Assembly: GCA_030693205.1 (NCBI GenBank)
Contig: JAUYBG010000005.1
Location: forward strand, 9,017 to 73,016
DNA length: 64,000 nucleotides
From: a bacterium
GTDB taxonomy: Bacteria; Patescibacteriota; Minisyncoccia; JAHIHE01
Reading direction: 5' to 3'
This document shows positions 8,141 through 17,064 of the stretch, piece after piece (position 1 is the stretch's first letter; each line of letters starts with the position of its first letter). The position numbers were made by a program, and so were the translations under genes. Under the pieces are notes generated by a model. The model ran no database searches. It had not been told where the DNA came from and worked only from the letters and a program-made list of their open reading frames with translations.

Positions 8141-10138
8141 ATGCTTCACTCCATTGCTAAAATTTTTAGTAAAAGATTTATTGCACTTCCCGCTATTTTT
8201 ATTTTCGGTTTTTTATTGTCTTTCCAAGCAGCGGAAGCGAAAAGTTACTCTTATGATTTAATTGATGTAAAAATCAATATAAATCAAGATTCCACTTTTG
8301 ACGCGGAAGAACAGCAGACTTTTAATTATATCGGCGAGTATCATTCGGGCTGGCGGAGCATTTTGCTTAATAAAACCGATGGAATTTCAGATATTGAAGT
8401 TGTCGATGGTCAAACAGGGCAAAAATTGGCGTATAGCAGAAAAAGATTGGATAAATTGGATTCGGCAAGCTGGGGGCGCTTCACTTATTTCAAGGAAAAT
8501 GGCGCTGAAAATATCGAATGGTATTATAATTTGGCGGATACAACCTATAAGTGGATCATTAAATATAAAGTTCATGGCGGTATTGGTTTTTTCCCTGATT
8601 ATGACGAGTTGTATTGGAATGTTTTTACTGATTACGAAATGCCGGTAAAAGAAGCGACAGCGCAAATAATGCTTCCCGAAGAGGTTAATTACAGTAATGT
8701 GATTTTTAAAGCCTATAGAACCGATGTTTATCAGGAATATTTTATCGATAAGTCTCCTTTGCCTGACAAAAAAAGTTTTCTTTTTGAAGCTAAAAATTTT
8801 AAATCCAAAGAAGCGTTCACCGTCCAGCTGGATTGGCCCAAAGGCATAGTGAGCCAGTCCGCTTACTGGCAGGATTTTTTAAGGATTTATTTATTTTATC
8901 TTTTGGCAGGACTTATTACGTTTGCCAATTTGATTTTTATATTTGTTCACTGGTATTGGCGGGAAGTGCGGCCAAAAGGCAGGGGAACGATCATTCCGCA
9001 ATACGCGCCGCCGGAAAATCTGCGTCCGGCAATGGCGGAAATATTGATCAAAGAAAGGGTGACGGATAAAGGCTGGTCGGCGACGGTAATTGATCTCGCG
9101 GTAAGGGGATATGTCAGGATTAAAGAAGATACTGCGGATTGGATGGATACCGCTAGAAATATTTTTCCGATCATTCCTATTATATTAATCTTGCTGATAT
9201 TTATCACTCAGATCGTAAGATTTTCTGCTTATAAAAATTTTTGGTTTGCTGTTAGTTTTGGCGGCATATTCATGTGGCTTATTTTTATGTTCGTTAAACC
9301 TTTATGGGCATTGTTAAAAAACGGCTTAAAAGATTTTTTTGTTCCCAAAAATTATATATTGGAAGAAGTGGAAGACGCTGATAGGTCATCGCTGGAAGAC
9401 TATGAAATTTTATTTTTAAGCGTGATTTTTGGGGAGACAAAAACTTTTTCAACTAAGGCAATGAAACACGCCAGTAATGCAAGAAAAAGAGAATTATTTG
9501 AAGCGATGGAAAAATTGAAAGAAAAATTATACAGCGAAACCACTATTGATACCGGGGCTTTTGAGATCGGGGTTGAAAAAGAAAAAACCGGGTGCGGGAT
9601 TTTAGCCGTTGCTTTTATTGCGGTTATTCTTATTTTTGCCTTTTTCCAAACCATCGTGGCATCATTTGCGATTTTTTTAGGCGCTGTTTTTTTAAACGGG
9701 ATACTTATCTACATTTATCTTAATTACGAGGCCCGGCTTTCTAAAAAAGGATTTATCCTGAAAGAAGACTGGCTGGGATTTAAAATGTATTTGGAAACCG
9801 CGGAGCGGTATCGGATGCAGAATTTGACGCCGGAAACTTTTGAAAAATATTTGCCGTATGCCATAATTTTCGGTATTGAGAAAAAATGGGGCAAAGCTTT
9901 TGAGGCTTCTAATATACAAAATCCTTCCTGGTATATCGGCGTTTATGTCGGGGGTGGAATTCACTCCGGTGGATTTTCCCAAGGCGGCGGATTTTCGCCT
10001 GCCGGTTTTTCCGCGTCTTTCAGTTCCAGTTTTTCCTCGGCATTTTCTTCGGCGGGTGGCGTGGGAAGCGCTGGCGGAGGCGGAGGCGGTGGCGCGGGAA
10101 GCGCTGGCGGGGGCGGTGGCGGGGGAGGAGCGGGGTAG
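8141..10138 (+). CDS. DUF2207 family membrane protein with a Gly/Ser-rich C-terminal tail
   Basis: Signal peptide MLHSIAKIFSKRFIALPAIFIFGFLLSFQAAEA, beta-rich N-domain, TM segments, and a C-terminal GGGFSQGGGFSP...GGGGGGAGSAGGGGGGGG tail typical of DUF2207. True start is probably the ATG at 8141; the track start 8108 is TTG. Confidence 0.7.
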   Translation: MLHSIAKIFSKRFIALPAIFIFGFLLSFQAAEAKSYSYDLIDVKININQDSTFDAEEQQTFNYIGEYHSGWRSILLNKTDGISDIEVVDGQTGQKLAYSRKRLDKLDSASWGRFTYFKENGAENIEWYYNLADTTYKWIIKYKVHGGIGFFPDYDELYWNVFTDYEMPVKEATAQIMLPEEVNYSNVIFKAYRTDVYQEYFIDKSPLPDKKSFLFEAKNFKSKEAFTVQLDWPKGIVSQSAYWQDFLRIYLFYLLAGLITFANLIFIFVHWYWREVRPKGRGTIIPQYAPPENLRPAMAEILIKERVTDKGWSATVIDLAVRGYVRIKEDTADWMDTARNIFPIIPIILILLIFITQIVRFSAYKNFWFAVSFGGIFMWLIFMFVKPLWALLKNGLKDFFVPKNYILEEVEDADRSSLEDYEILFLSVIFGETKTFSTKAMKHASNARKRELFEAMEKLKEKLYSETTIDTGAFEIGVEKEKTGCGILAVAFIAVILIFAFFQTIVASFAIFLGAVFLNGILIYIYLNYEARLSKKGFILKEDWLGFKMYLETAERYRMQNLTPETFEKYLPYAIIFGIEKKWGKAFEASNIQNPSWYIGVYVGGGIHSGGFSQGGGFSPAGFSASFSSSFSSAFSSAGGVGSAGGGGGGGAGSAGGGGGGGGAG

Positions 10139-10227
10139 GCTGTGCACTTTTTACGAATTGGCGAAAATATGGTATTATATATACATAGGTAAAATATTCT
10201 CTATTTTTTAAATACAAAAATAATTTT

Positions 10228-12747
10228 ATGCAAAATAATCAACTTCTCGCGCCTCCTCATAATCTGATCAATGACCATAAGCATAATGGCAAAGACAAAA
10301 GCAAAGAATTAATTCTTTGGTTTTCCGATGTCGGTATCGGGGATGTCGGGCTGGTCGGCGGGAAAAATGCCAGCCTGGGCGAGATGTATCAGAATCTTGC
10401 CGCAAAAGGGGTAAGCGTTCCGAATGGCTTTGCGACCACAGCTTACGCTTATCGATATTTTTTAGAACAAAGCGGATTGAAAGATAAAATTAAAAAAATA
10501 TTAAAAGGGTTAAATACTCATGACATCAGGAATCTGGCGAAGCGCGGTGCCGCGGTGAGAAAAGCAGTCTTGGCGGTGGAACTTCCTAAAGATTTTAAAA
10601 AAGAAATTCTTGAGGCGTATTATCAACTTGGCGCCAAATACGGCAGCCATAATATCGATGTCGCAGTAAGAAGTTCGGCGACAGCCGAGGATTTGCCGGA
10701 TGCTTCTTTTGCCGGCCAGCAGGAATCTTATTTGAATGTTCACGGTGAGAAAGCGCTTTTTAAAGCAGTGAGAGATTGCGTGTCTTCTTTGTTCACTAAT
10801 CGGGCGATTTCTTACCGTGTGGATAAGGGTTTTGATCATTTTTCCATCGCGCTTTCGGTCGGCGTGCAAAAAATGGTGCGAAGCGATTTGGCCACGAGCG
10901 GAGTGATGTTTTCCTGCGATCCGGATTCCGGATTTGCCGATGTTACCGTAATTAATGCCGCTTATGGATTGGGAGAAAATGTGGTCAAAGGCCGGGTAAA
11001 CCCCGATGAATATTGGATTTTTGAGCCGTTTTTAAAAGAAGGAAAAAATTCGATCATCGAAAAAACGATCGGCAGCAAAGAATGGAGAATGATTTATTCC
11101 GGCAGCGCGAATTCAACTAAAAATACTAAAGTTTCTCAGTCGGATAAGAAAAAATTCGTATTGACTGATAAAGAAATTATTCAGCTGGCTAAATGGTCGG
11201 TAATCATAGAAAATCATTATAAGCGGCCGATGGATATTGAATGGGCTAAGGATGGCAAAACGAATAAATTGTATATTGTCCAGGCGCGGCCTGAAACCGC
11301 TCATCAGAGCAAGCGCGATGTAAATATGCTGGAAGTTTATAAATTAACCGTACCCAAGACCGGACTGCAAGTGGTTTCAGTCGGAGTAAGCGTGGGCGCT
11401 AAGATCGGAGTTGGAAAAGCTAATGTGATAAAAAGCGTAAAGCAGATTAATAATTTCAAGCCCGGACAGGTTTTGGTGACAAAAATGACCGATCCCGACT
11501 GGGAGCCGATCATGAAGATCGCTTCGGCTATCGTGACCGATGCCGGAGGCAGGACTTGCCACGCGGCGATCATTTCCCGGGAACTCGGAATTCCGGCCGT
11601 GGTGGGCACGAAAAACGGCACCGCTACAATAAAAAATAATTCAGACGTTACGGTGGATTGCTCTCAAGGAGAGACCGGTTATATTTATAAAGGAATTATT
11701 CCGATAAAGGTGGAAAAAACCGATCTGGGCGCAATTCCCGCGCTTCCGGTGAAAATTCTTATTAATTTGGGCGAGCCTGATCAGGCGTTCAAATATTCTT
11801 TCTTGCCGCAAAGCGGGATCGGCTTGGCGCGTGAAGAATTTATCATTAATAATTACATTAAGATCCATCCGTTAGCCCTGATCAATTATAAATTTAAAAA
11901 AGGCGGAGTGAAGCTCGACAGGCAAACAATTAATAAAATCGATGAATTAACCGTCGGCTACACCGACAAAGTCCAGTTTTATGTGGATAAATTAGCCGAG
12001 GGAGTGGCGAAGCTGGCGGCCGCTTTTTATCCGAAAGAAATAATTGTCCGTTTTTCTGACTTTAAGACCAACGAATACGCGAATCTTGTCGGCGGCGCAT
12101 ATTTTGAGCCGAAAGAAGAAAATCCGATGATCGGCTGGCGCGGCGCTTCCCGATATTATGATAAAAAATTCAAGGAAGCGTTTAGACTGGAATGCCGGGC
12201 GATCAAAAAAGTTCGCGATACTTTCGGATTCACTAATGTCATTGTAATGATCCCGTTTTGCCGGACCGTCGAGGAAGGAAAAAAAGTTTTGGAAATTATG
12301 GCCGGCGAAGGATTGAAGCAAGGCGACAACGGCTTCAAGGTGTACGTGATGGCGGAAATTCCCGCGAATATTATTTTGGCCGAAGAATTCGCCAAGATTT
12401 TCGACGGATTCTCGATCGGCAGCAATGATCTGACTCAATTGACCCTTGGGCTTGATCGCGATAATGGCACTTTGGCGCATATCGGCAACGAAAAAAACGA
12501 AGCGGTAAAAATATTGATCAGGCAATTGATCAAAGTGGCGCACAAATATAATCGTAAAGTCGGCATTTGCGGCCAGGCGCCAAGCGACTTCCCGGATTTT
12601 GCGGAGTTTTTGGTACAGGAAGGCATAGATAGTATTTCTCTTAATCCGGATACGGTATTGAAGACGACAATAATGTTGGGAAAAATGGCAAAATCGGCTA
12701 AAAAATCTTCAATGTTCGCGGGACTTATCGGGTTGATCGGGTTATAA
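10228..12747 (+). CDS. ppsA: Phosphoenolpyruvate synthase (pyruvate, water dikinase)
   Basis: ATP-grasp N-domain (VGGKNASLGEMY), phosphohistidine domain TDAGGRTCHAAIISRELGIPAVVG, C-terminal PEP-utilising TIM barrel (GICGQAPSD). Confidence 0.92.
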   Translation: MQNNQLLAPPHNLINDHKHNGKDKSKELILWFSDVGIGDVGLVGGKNASLGEMYQNLAAKGVSVPNGFATTAYAYRYFLEQSGLKDKIKKILKGLNTHDIRNLAKRGAAVRKAVLAVELPKDFKKEILEAYYQLGAKYGSHNIDVAVRSSATAEDLPDASFAGQQESYLNVHGEKALFKAVRDCVSSLFTNRAISYRVDKGFDHFSIALSVGVQKMVRSDLATSGVMFSCDPDSGFADVTVINAAYGLGENVVKGRVNPDEYWIFEPFLKEGKNSIIEKTIGSKEWRMIYSGSANSTKNTKVSQSDKKKFVLTDKEIIQLAKWSVIIENHYKRPMDIEWAKDGKTNKLYIVQARPETAHQSKRDVNMLEVYKLTVPKTGLQVVSVGVSVGAKIGVGKANVIKSVKQINNFKPGQVLVTKMTDPDWEPIMKIASAIVTDAGGRTCHAAIISRELGIPAVVGTKNGTATIKNNSDVTVDCSQGETGYIYKGIIPIKVEKTDLGAIPALPVKILINLGEPDQAFKYSFLPQSGIGLAREEFIINNYIKIHPLALINYKFKKGGVKLDRQTINKIDELTVGYTDKVQFYVDKLAEGVAKLAAAFYPKEIIVRFSDFKTNEYANLVGGAYFEPKEENPMIGWRGASRYYDKKFKEAFRLECRAIKKVRDTFGFTNVIVMIPFCRTVEEGKKVLEIMAGEGLKQGDNGFKVYVMAEIPANIILAEEFAKIFDGFSIGSNDLTQLTLGLDRDNGTLAHIGNEKNEAVKILIRQLIKVAHKYNRKVGICGQAPSDFPDFAEFLVQEGIDSISLNPDTVLKTTIMLGKMAKSAKKSSMFAGLIGLIGL

Positions 12748-12781
12748 CTTCGCGATAAATATAAAATAGTTGAGTTATCAT

Positions 12782-12810
12782 TGCGGCGGAGCTACGAGCT
12801 CCGCCGCTTT
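12782..12810 (+). terminator. Intrinsic terminator after ppsA (11-bp stem GCGGCGGAGCT/AGCTCCGCCGC)
   Basis: tGCGGCGGAGCTacgAGCTCCGCCGCttt directly downstream of the ppsA stop. Confidence 0.6.
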
Positions 12811-12874
12811 AGCGCTATTGAAAAAATAACCATATTGTGGTAAATTTAGTAAGCTAAGTCGTTAATCTATATTT

Positions 12875-13405
12875 ATGAAATGTCCAAAATGTTCAGCAGA
12901 TCTCGGGGAGTTTTCTTCTCAAGATCTAAAACTTGCCAGGTGTTTTACCTGTCATGGCATTTGGTTCGACAAAAATGAATTAAAAAAAGTCATTGATGAG
13001 CGGGATATGGATCTTGCCTGGATGCATTTTAATCTGTGGAGCGATAAAGATAAGTTTAATGCCGTTTCCGGGAAAAAAATATGTCCAAAATGCAAAAAAA
13101 CGATGGCAGTGCTTAAATATGATAAGAGCGAAGTGGAAGTGGATGTTTGCGCGGATTGCGGCGGAATGTGGCTTGATAGTGGAGAGTTCACGAAAATCGT
13201 TGATTTTTTGGAAAAAGCATTATTGAAAAAAGATGTGCCGGGATATATCGCAGAGCTCGCGAAAGAAGGGGAGCGGGTTATCTTGGATCCCGCGCATGGC
13301 GCGGTGGAAGCCAGACATTTTTTAATTCTGACAAAATTGTTGCAATATCGCATTCTGGCCGAGAATACATTCATTGCCAGTATTATTTCCGCGCTTCCGA
13401 AATAG
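12875..13405 (+). CDS. Zinc-ribbon protein with two TFIIB-type zinc ribbons (zf-TFIIB-like)
   Basis: Two CPKC...C..C.G.WLD modules (CPKCSADL...CFTCHGIWFD and CPKCKKTM...CADCGGMWLD). Confidence 0.6.
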   Translation: MKCPKCSADLGEFSSQDLKLARCFTCHGIWFDKNELKKVIDERDMDLAWMHFNLWSDKDKFNAVSGKKICPKCKKTMAVLKYDKSEVEVDVCADCGGMWLDSGEFTKIVDFLEKALLKKDVPGYIAELAKEGERVILDPAHGAVEARHFLILTKLLQYRILAENTFIASIISALPK

Positions 13406-13442
13406 AAAATAATAAGTATTAGTTTCCGCCAATCGGCGGTTT

Positions 13443-13527
13443 GGAGAGGTCGCATAGTGGCCGAGTGCGTCCGCTTGGAAAGCGGATATACCGAAAGGTA
13501 TCGAGGGTTCGACTCCCTCCCTCTCCG
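13443..13527 (+). tRNA. tRNA-Ser (anticodon GGA)
   Basis: Manual fold: acceptor GGAGAGG/CCTCTCC, anticodon loop TTGGAAA (GGA), long variable arm TATACCGAAAGGTATC, T-arm GAGGGTTCGACTCCCTC, discriminator G. Confidence 0.85.
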
Positions 13528-13533
13528 CAGGTA

Positions 13534-13562
13534 TTGACATTAATGCTTTAATCGTTTATAAT
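13534..13562 (+). promoter_or_regulatory. Consensus sigma70-type promoter (TTGACA, 17-nt spacer, TATAAT) driving the RRM protein gene through a long 5' UTR
   Basis: TTGACA at 13534-13539, spacer 17 nt, TATAAT at 13557-13562; the ATG of the downstream gene is at 13706. Confidence 0.6.
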
Positions 13563-13705
13563 TGTTTTTGTAAGTTTCGAAGGGTTTTCTTTCCTTATAT
13601 AAAACAATTAAGTATAAGTTAAGTTGAGCCGTTTGGCTCCTGAAAGCAAATCCCAGAGAAGTAGTCGACTTGCAAAATTAATTAGTTTATATAAGGAAAA
13701 AACAC

Positions 13706-14044
13706 ATGGCAAAGAAATTATATGTGGGCAGCTTATCATATAGCACCACAGATGACGCTTTGAAAGCGACTTTTTCCGCAGCTGGAACAGTAACATCAGC
13801 CTCAATTATCATCGATAAGATGAGTGGCCGATCAAAAGGTTTTGGTTTCGTGGAAATGAGCTCCGACGAAGAAGCAGTCAAAGCTATTGAAATGTTCAAT
13901 GGCAAAGAAGTTGATGGCAGAACCATTATCGTTAACGAAGCGAGACCGATGACCGAGAGACCACCCCGCGCAGGCGGACGTGGCGGATTCGGCGGCGGTA
14001 ATCGCGGCGGCGGACGAGGTTTTGGCGGAAACGACAGATTCTAA
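13706..14044 (+). CDS. Glycine-rich RNA-binding protein (single RRM)
   Basis: RNP-2 LYVGSL and RNP-1 KGFGFVEM motifs; C-terminal RAGGRGGFGGGNRGGGRGFGG tail. Confidence 0.85.
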   Translation: MAKKLYVGSLSYSTTDDALKATFSAAGTVTSASIIIDKMSGRSKGFGFVEMSSDEEAVKAIEMFNGKEVDGRTIIVNEARPMTERPPRAGGRGGFGGGNRGGGRGFGGNDRF

Positions 14045-14229
14045 TTATAAAAATATTTAGAAAACAAGAAGACGGCTTTCGGGCCGTTTTTTTGTTTTTA
14101 GTTGAACAAAAGCGTTTTTTTTGATAAAATTAAAGGATGTTAGCGTTAATGACAAATTTTCAATGTCAAATGACAATTCAATATCAAAGCTCAAATATCA
14201 AAAGTAATAAATAAATTAAGGAATAATTC

Positions 14230-14928
14230 ATGGATTCTAAAAAAATAATCGCAAAATTAAAATCACAAAGAAATCCAAAAAATATCGCCGGAATGGCGCG
14301 ATTTGGAATTAGCGCGAAAAACACTTTGGGCGTAAGTATGCCGTATTTGAGAAGTTTGGCAAAAGAAATCAGGAAAGAGGCTAAGACAGATAAAAAAGGC
14401 GCGGAAAATCGCCATAAATTAGCGATAATGCTTTGGAAGTCAAAAATTCACGAAGCGCGGATTTTGGCGGCGTTGATCGATGAGCCGGAAATGGTTGGCG
14501 AAAAGCAAATGGAAAATTGGGCGAAGGATTTTGATTCGTGGGACGTGTGTGATCATGTCTGTATGAATCTTTTTGATAAAACAGAGATTGCCTGGCAAAA
14601 AGCGGCTGATTGGAGCAGGCGAAAAGAGGAATTTGTCAAAAGAGCCGGCTTTGCTCTTGTGGCGGCGCTGGCTTTTCACGATAAAAAAGCCGATAATAAA
14701 AAATTCATTGAATTTTTCCCGCATATTAAGCGTGAGGCGGTTGATGGGCGAAATTTTGTCCGCAAAGCCGTAAATTGGGCGCTTCGCCAGACCGGCAAAA
14801 GAAATAAATCTTTATGTGTGGCGGCTTTGAAAACGGCGCGGGAAATTCAATCAAAAAACCCCGAGAATAAAACCGCTAAATGGATCGCTTCCGACGCGAT
14901 CAGAGAATTGGAAAAGAAAAAGTTCTAG
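14230..14928 (+). CDS. DNA alkylation repair protein (AlkD/AlkC-like HEAT-repeat glycosylase family)
   Basis: N-terminus KLKSQRNPKNIAGMARFGISAKNTLGVSMPYLRSLAKEI and W..D.CD motif characteristic of the DNA alkylation repair enzyme family. Confidence 0.65.
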   Translation: MDSKKIIAKLKSQRNPKNIAGMARFGISAKNTLGVSMPYLRSLAKEIRKEAKTDKKGAENRHKLAIMLWKSKIHEARILAALIDEPEMVGEKQMENWAKDFDSWDVCDHVCMNLFDKTEIAWQKAADWSRRKEEFVKRAGFALVAALAFHDKKADNKKFIEFFPHIKREAVDGRNFVRKAVNWALRQTGKRNKSLCVAALKTAREIQSKNPENKTAKWIASDAIRELEKKKF

Positions 14929-14985
14929 CACCGCTTGTTATTAGGTTCGGCGTCTATAAAAAATTAATAAATTAATTTAAAAATT

Positions 14986-15336
14986 ATGACAATGAAGGTT
15001 GAGTACAATCCAGGTCTTGCTTTGAGAAATATTTCGGAATTTAAGAATGGAAATCGGAGAATCGAGGAATGCATTCCGGAAAATCTTGAAGTGGGTAAGA
15101 CCTATCCTTTTTTGAAAAAAGACCAGAGAAATTTTTGGCTTTACGGAGAAGTTCCTTTGGCTGAAACAAAAGGCAGCGAGATAATTTCGAGTTCGAAAGC
15201 AAGCATTCTGATCCTTGAAGCGACGCATTATATGGAAAATAATGAAATTTATACGAAAGGAATTTATAAGGTTTTGGAAATATGCAACGGGAAGGATAAT
15301 TGCAGGGTTTTTAACAGGATCGGGTTAAAAAAATAG
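14986..15336 (+). CDS. Hypothetical protein
   Basis: ORF only; no recognisable motif. Confidence 0.3.
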   Translation: MTMKVEYNPGLALRNISEFKNGNRRIEECIPENLEVGKTYPFLKKDQRNFWLYGEVPLAETKGSEIISSSKASILILEATHYMENNEIYTKGIYKVLEICNGKDNCRVFNRIGLKK

Positions 15337-15404
15337 TTAATAGCTGAATAGTCTTGCTTACGGCAGGGCTATTTTTTTTGGTTTAAATATGATAAAATAC
15401 ACTT

Positions 15405-16418
15405 ATGGTTAATATGGGCAAAGTTGTAAAAGATATAAAATCCATTAAAATTCAAGGTGCCACTAATATTGCGAAAGCATCGATTGGCGCGCTTTTGGAT
15501 TTCAGCAAAGATTTTAAGATCGGAGCTCTGCCAAAAATATCAAATGGCAAAATTTGCAATTTTTTAAGAGCCACAGAGATTAATGCCAATAAATTGGCCT
15601 GGGCCAGGCCTGACGAGCCGCTGAACCAAAATCTTCTGAATTTAATAATGGCGCAGCTCGCGCGGGATAAAAATAAAAATGTCAAGAAAAAGATTGCTAA
15701 TTTTCAAAAGTCGTGCCTGGAAACGCTCGATTTGATTCAAAAAAATGAGGCACGGATAACCGCTAATGGAATAAGTTTGGTCAAAAAAATCTATAAAAAA
15801 AAGAAGAAACCGGTTTTGGTTTTTACTCACTGCAATTCTTCGTCGGTGTTTAAGATACTGATCGGCGCGCGCAAGGAAAAAATACGGTTTAAGGTCTATA
15901 ATTCTGAAACCCGGCCAAGATTTCAAGGGAGGATCATGGCAAAAAATCTTGTTAAAAAAGGGATTGACGTGACGATGATGACTGACAGTGCGGCGCCGTT
16001 CGTGATCTCCAAAAATGATCCGGACAAGATCAATATTGACTTGGTGATCATCGGAGCGGACGTGGTCGGTATGGACGGTTCAGTACTGAATAAGATCGGC
16101 AGCTATTCTTTATCTCTCGCGGCTAAAAGCGCCGGTGTGCCTTTTTATGTGGCTGCCAGCCTTTTGAAAGCTAGGAAGGATATAGACTCTTACAGGGAAA
16201 TAGAAATTGAAAAAAGAGATCCAACTGAACTTTGGCCATCCTTCGCCAAGGCTACGGATGGCAAGCAAAAAGGAATTAAAGCGATCAATTACGCTTTTGA
16301 TACCGTGCCGCCGGAATACACCAAGAAATTAATTACGGAATTCGGGATTTTAAAGCCGGGGAAGGTCAAAAAAGCGGCGATGAAGAACTATAAGGAGATT
16401 TTTAAAAATAAACATTAA
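15405..16418 (+). CDS. eIF-2B alpha/beta/delta-family isomerase, probably ribose-1,5-bisphosphate isomerase (e2b2) of the AMP salvage pathway
   Basis: Family core LVIIGADVVGMDGSVLNKIGSYSLSLAAKSAGVPFYVAAS. Sits directly upstream of a RuBisCO fragment and near the AMP phosphorylase gene. Confidence 0.7.
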   Translation: MVNMGKVVKDIKSIKIQGATNIAKASIGALLDFSKDFKIGALPKISNGKICNFLRATEINANKLAWARPDEPLNQNLLNLIMAQLARDKNKNVKKKIANFQKSCLETLDLIQKNEARITANGISLVKKIYKKKKKPVLVFTHCNSSSVFKILIGARKEKIRFKVYNSETRPRFQGRIMAKNLVKKGIDVTMMTDSAAPFVISKNDPDKINIDLVIIGADVVGMDGSVLNKIGSYSLSLAAKSAGVPFYVAASLLKARKDIDSYREIEIEKRDPTELWPSFAKATDGKQKGIKAINYAFDTVPPEYTKKLITEFGILKPGKVKKAAMKNYKEIFKNKH

Positions 16419-16436
16419 ATTTCTCAAATAATTTTT

Positions 16437-16841
16437 ATGTCTAAATTATTCTATCTGTGTCTTGGCGCGGAAATCGATAAAACCAAGCATATTATTGCGA
16501 CCTTTAGAATTGAGTCGAGTTTGCCGCTTGAAGAAGCCGCCGGTGAAATTGCGGCGGAATCATCGATTGGCACTTGGACCAAGGTAGGAACTTTAAGCGA
16601 AGAAACTTTTGATCGCTTAGCGGCAAAAGTTTTTGATATTAAAAAGATTATTGGCGATTGTAGCGCTGATATTAGCGAGCTATTCTGGTATTTTTCCAAA
16701 AAAGGAAAGCCGCCGATCAACAGGGGGATCGTGAAAATTGCTTACCCTTTGGATTTATTCGAATTTGGCAATATTCCGCAATTGCTCTCATCGGTAGCGG
16801 GAAATATTTTCGGAATGAAAAAAACAAATTATCAGGCTTAG
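16437..16841 (+). pseudogene. RuBisCO large-subunit (form II/III-like) N-terminal fragment, truncated after about 134 aa
   Basis: IIATFRIESSLPLEEAAGEIAAESSIGTWT ... IVKIAYPLDLFEFGNIPQLLSSVAGNIFGMKK aligns to the archaeal type III RuBisCO N-domain (AAESSTGTWTT ... IAYP...AGNIFGMK). The stop follows immediately and the catalytic TIM-barrel C-domain is absent. An A7 tract (16818-16824) lies at the truncation point; a -1/+2 frame reads ...KLSGLEDACFV (compare RuBisCO GLRLEDLYFP) for a few residues only. Confidence 0.75.
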
Positions 16842-16867
16842 AGGATGCGTGTTTCGTAAATTTTATT

Positions 16868-17047
16868 ATGTCCACCGAACAACAAAAAATAAGATTGGCG
16901 AAAATCGCTTTTGAAAGATTTTTACAAAAAATCATTCTTTTGCTTGGTGAAGAAAAACAATTATTTGAACGGATTATGGGGAAAATCGAGCAAAGAAAAA
17001 TAAATGAATGCCGGGGAAAAATTTGCGAGATCTACAAAAATAAATAA
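16868..17047 (+). CDS. Small hypothetical ORF (59 aa) occupying the position where the RuBisCO C-domain would be
   Basis: ATG at 16868 to TAA at 17045-17047; MSTEQQKIRLAKIAFERFLQKIILLLGEEKQLFERIMGKIEQRKINECRGKICEIYKNK. No homology recognised; may be non-coding debris. Confidence 0.2.
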   Translation: MSTEQQKIRLAKIAFERFLQKIILLLGEEKQLFERIMGKIEQRKINECRGKICEIYKNK

Positions 17048-17064
17048 TTGATAATTTTAAAAAT

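Noticed and set aside
9692-10217. ORFs on both strands across the GC-rich Gly-tail repeat at the end of the DUF2207 gene
   Set aside because: Artefacts of the GGN/GCN repetitive tract (GGCGGAGGCGG...); translations are Arg/Pro/Ala runs with no start context.
12952-13540. Minus-strand ORFs 12952-13455 and 13322-13540
   Set aside because: Antisense to the zinc-ribbon CDS and overlapping the tRNA-Ser gene.
16437-16841. Treating the 134-aa RuBisCO-like ORF as a functional short RuBisCO
   Set aside because: Only the non-catalytic N-domain is encoded; the carbamylated Lys, Mg ligands and loop 6 all reside in the absent C-terminal barrel.
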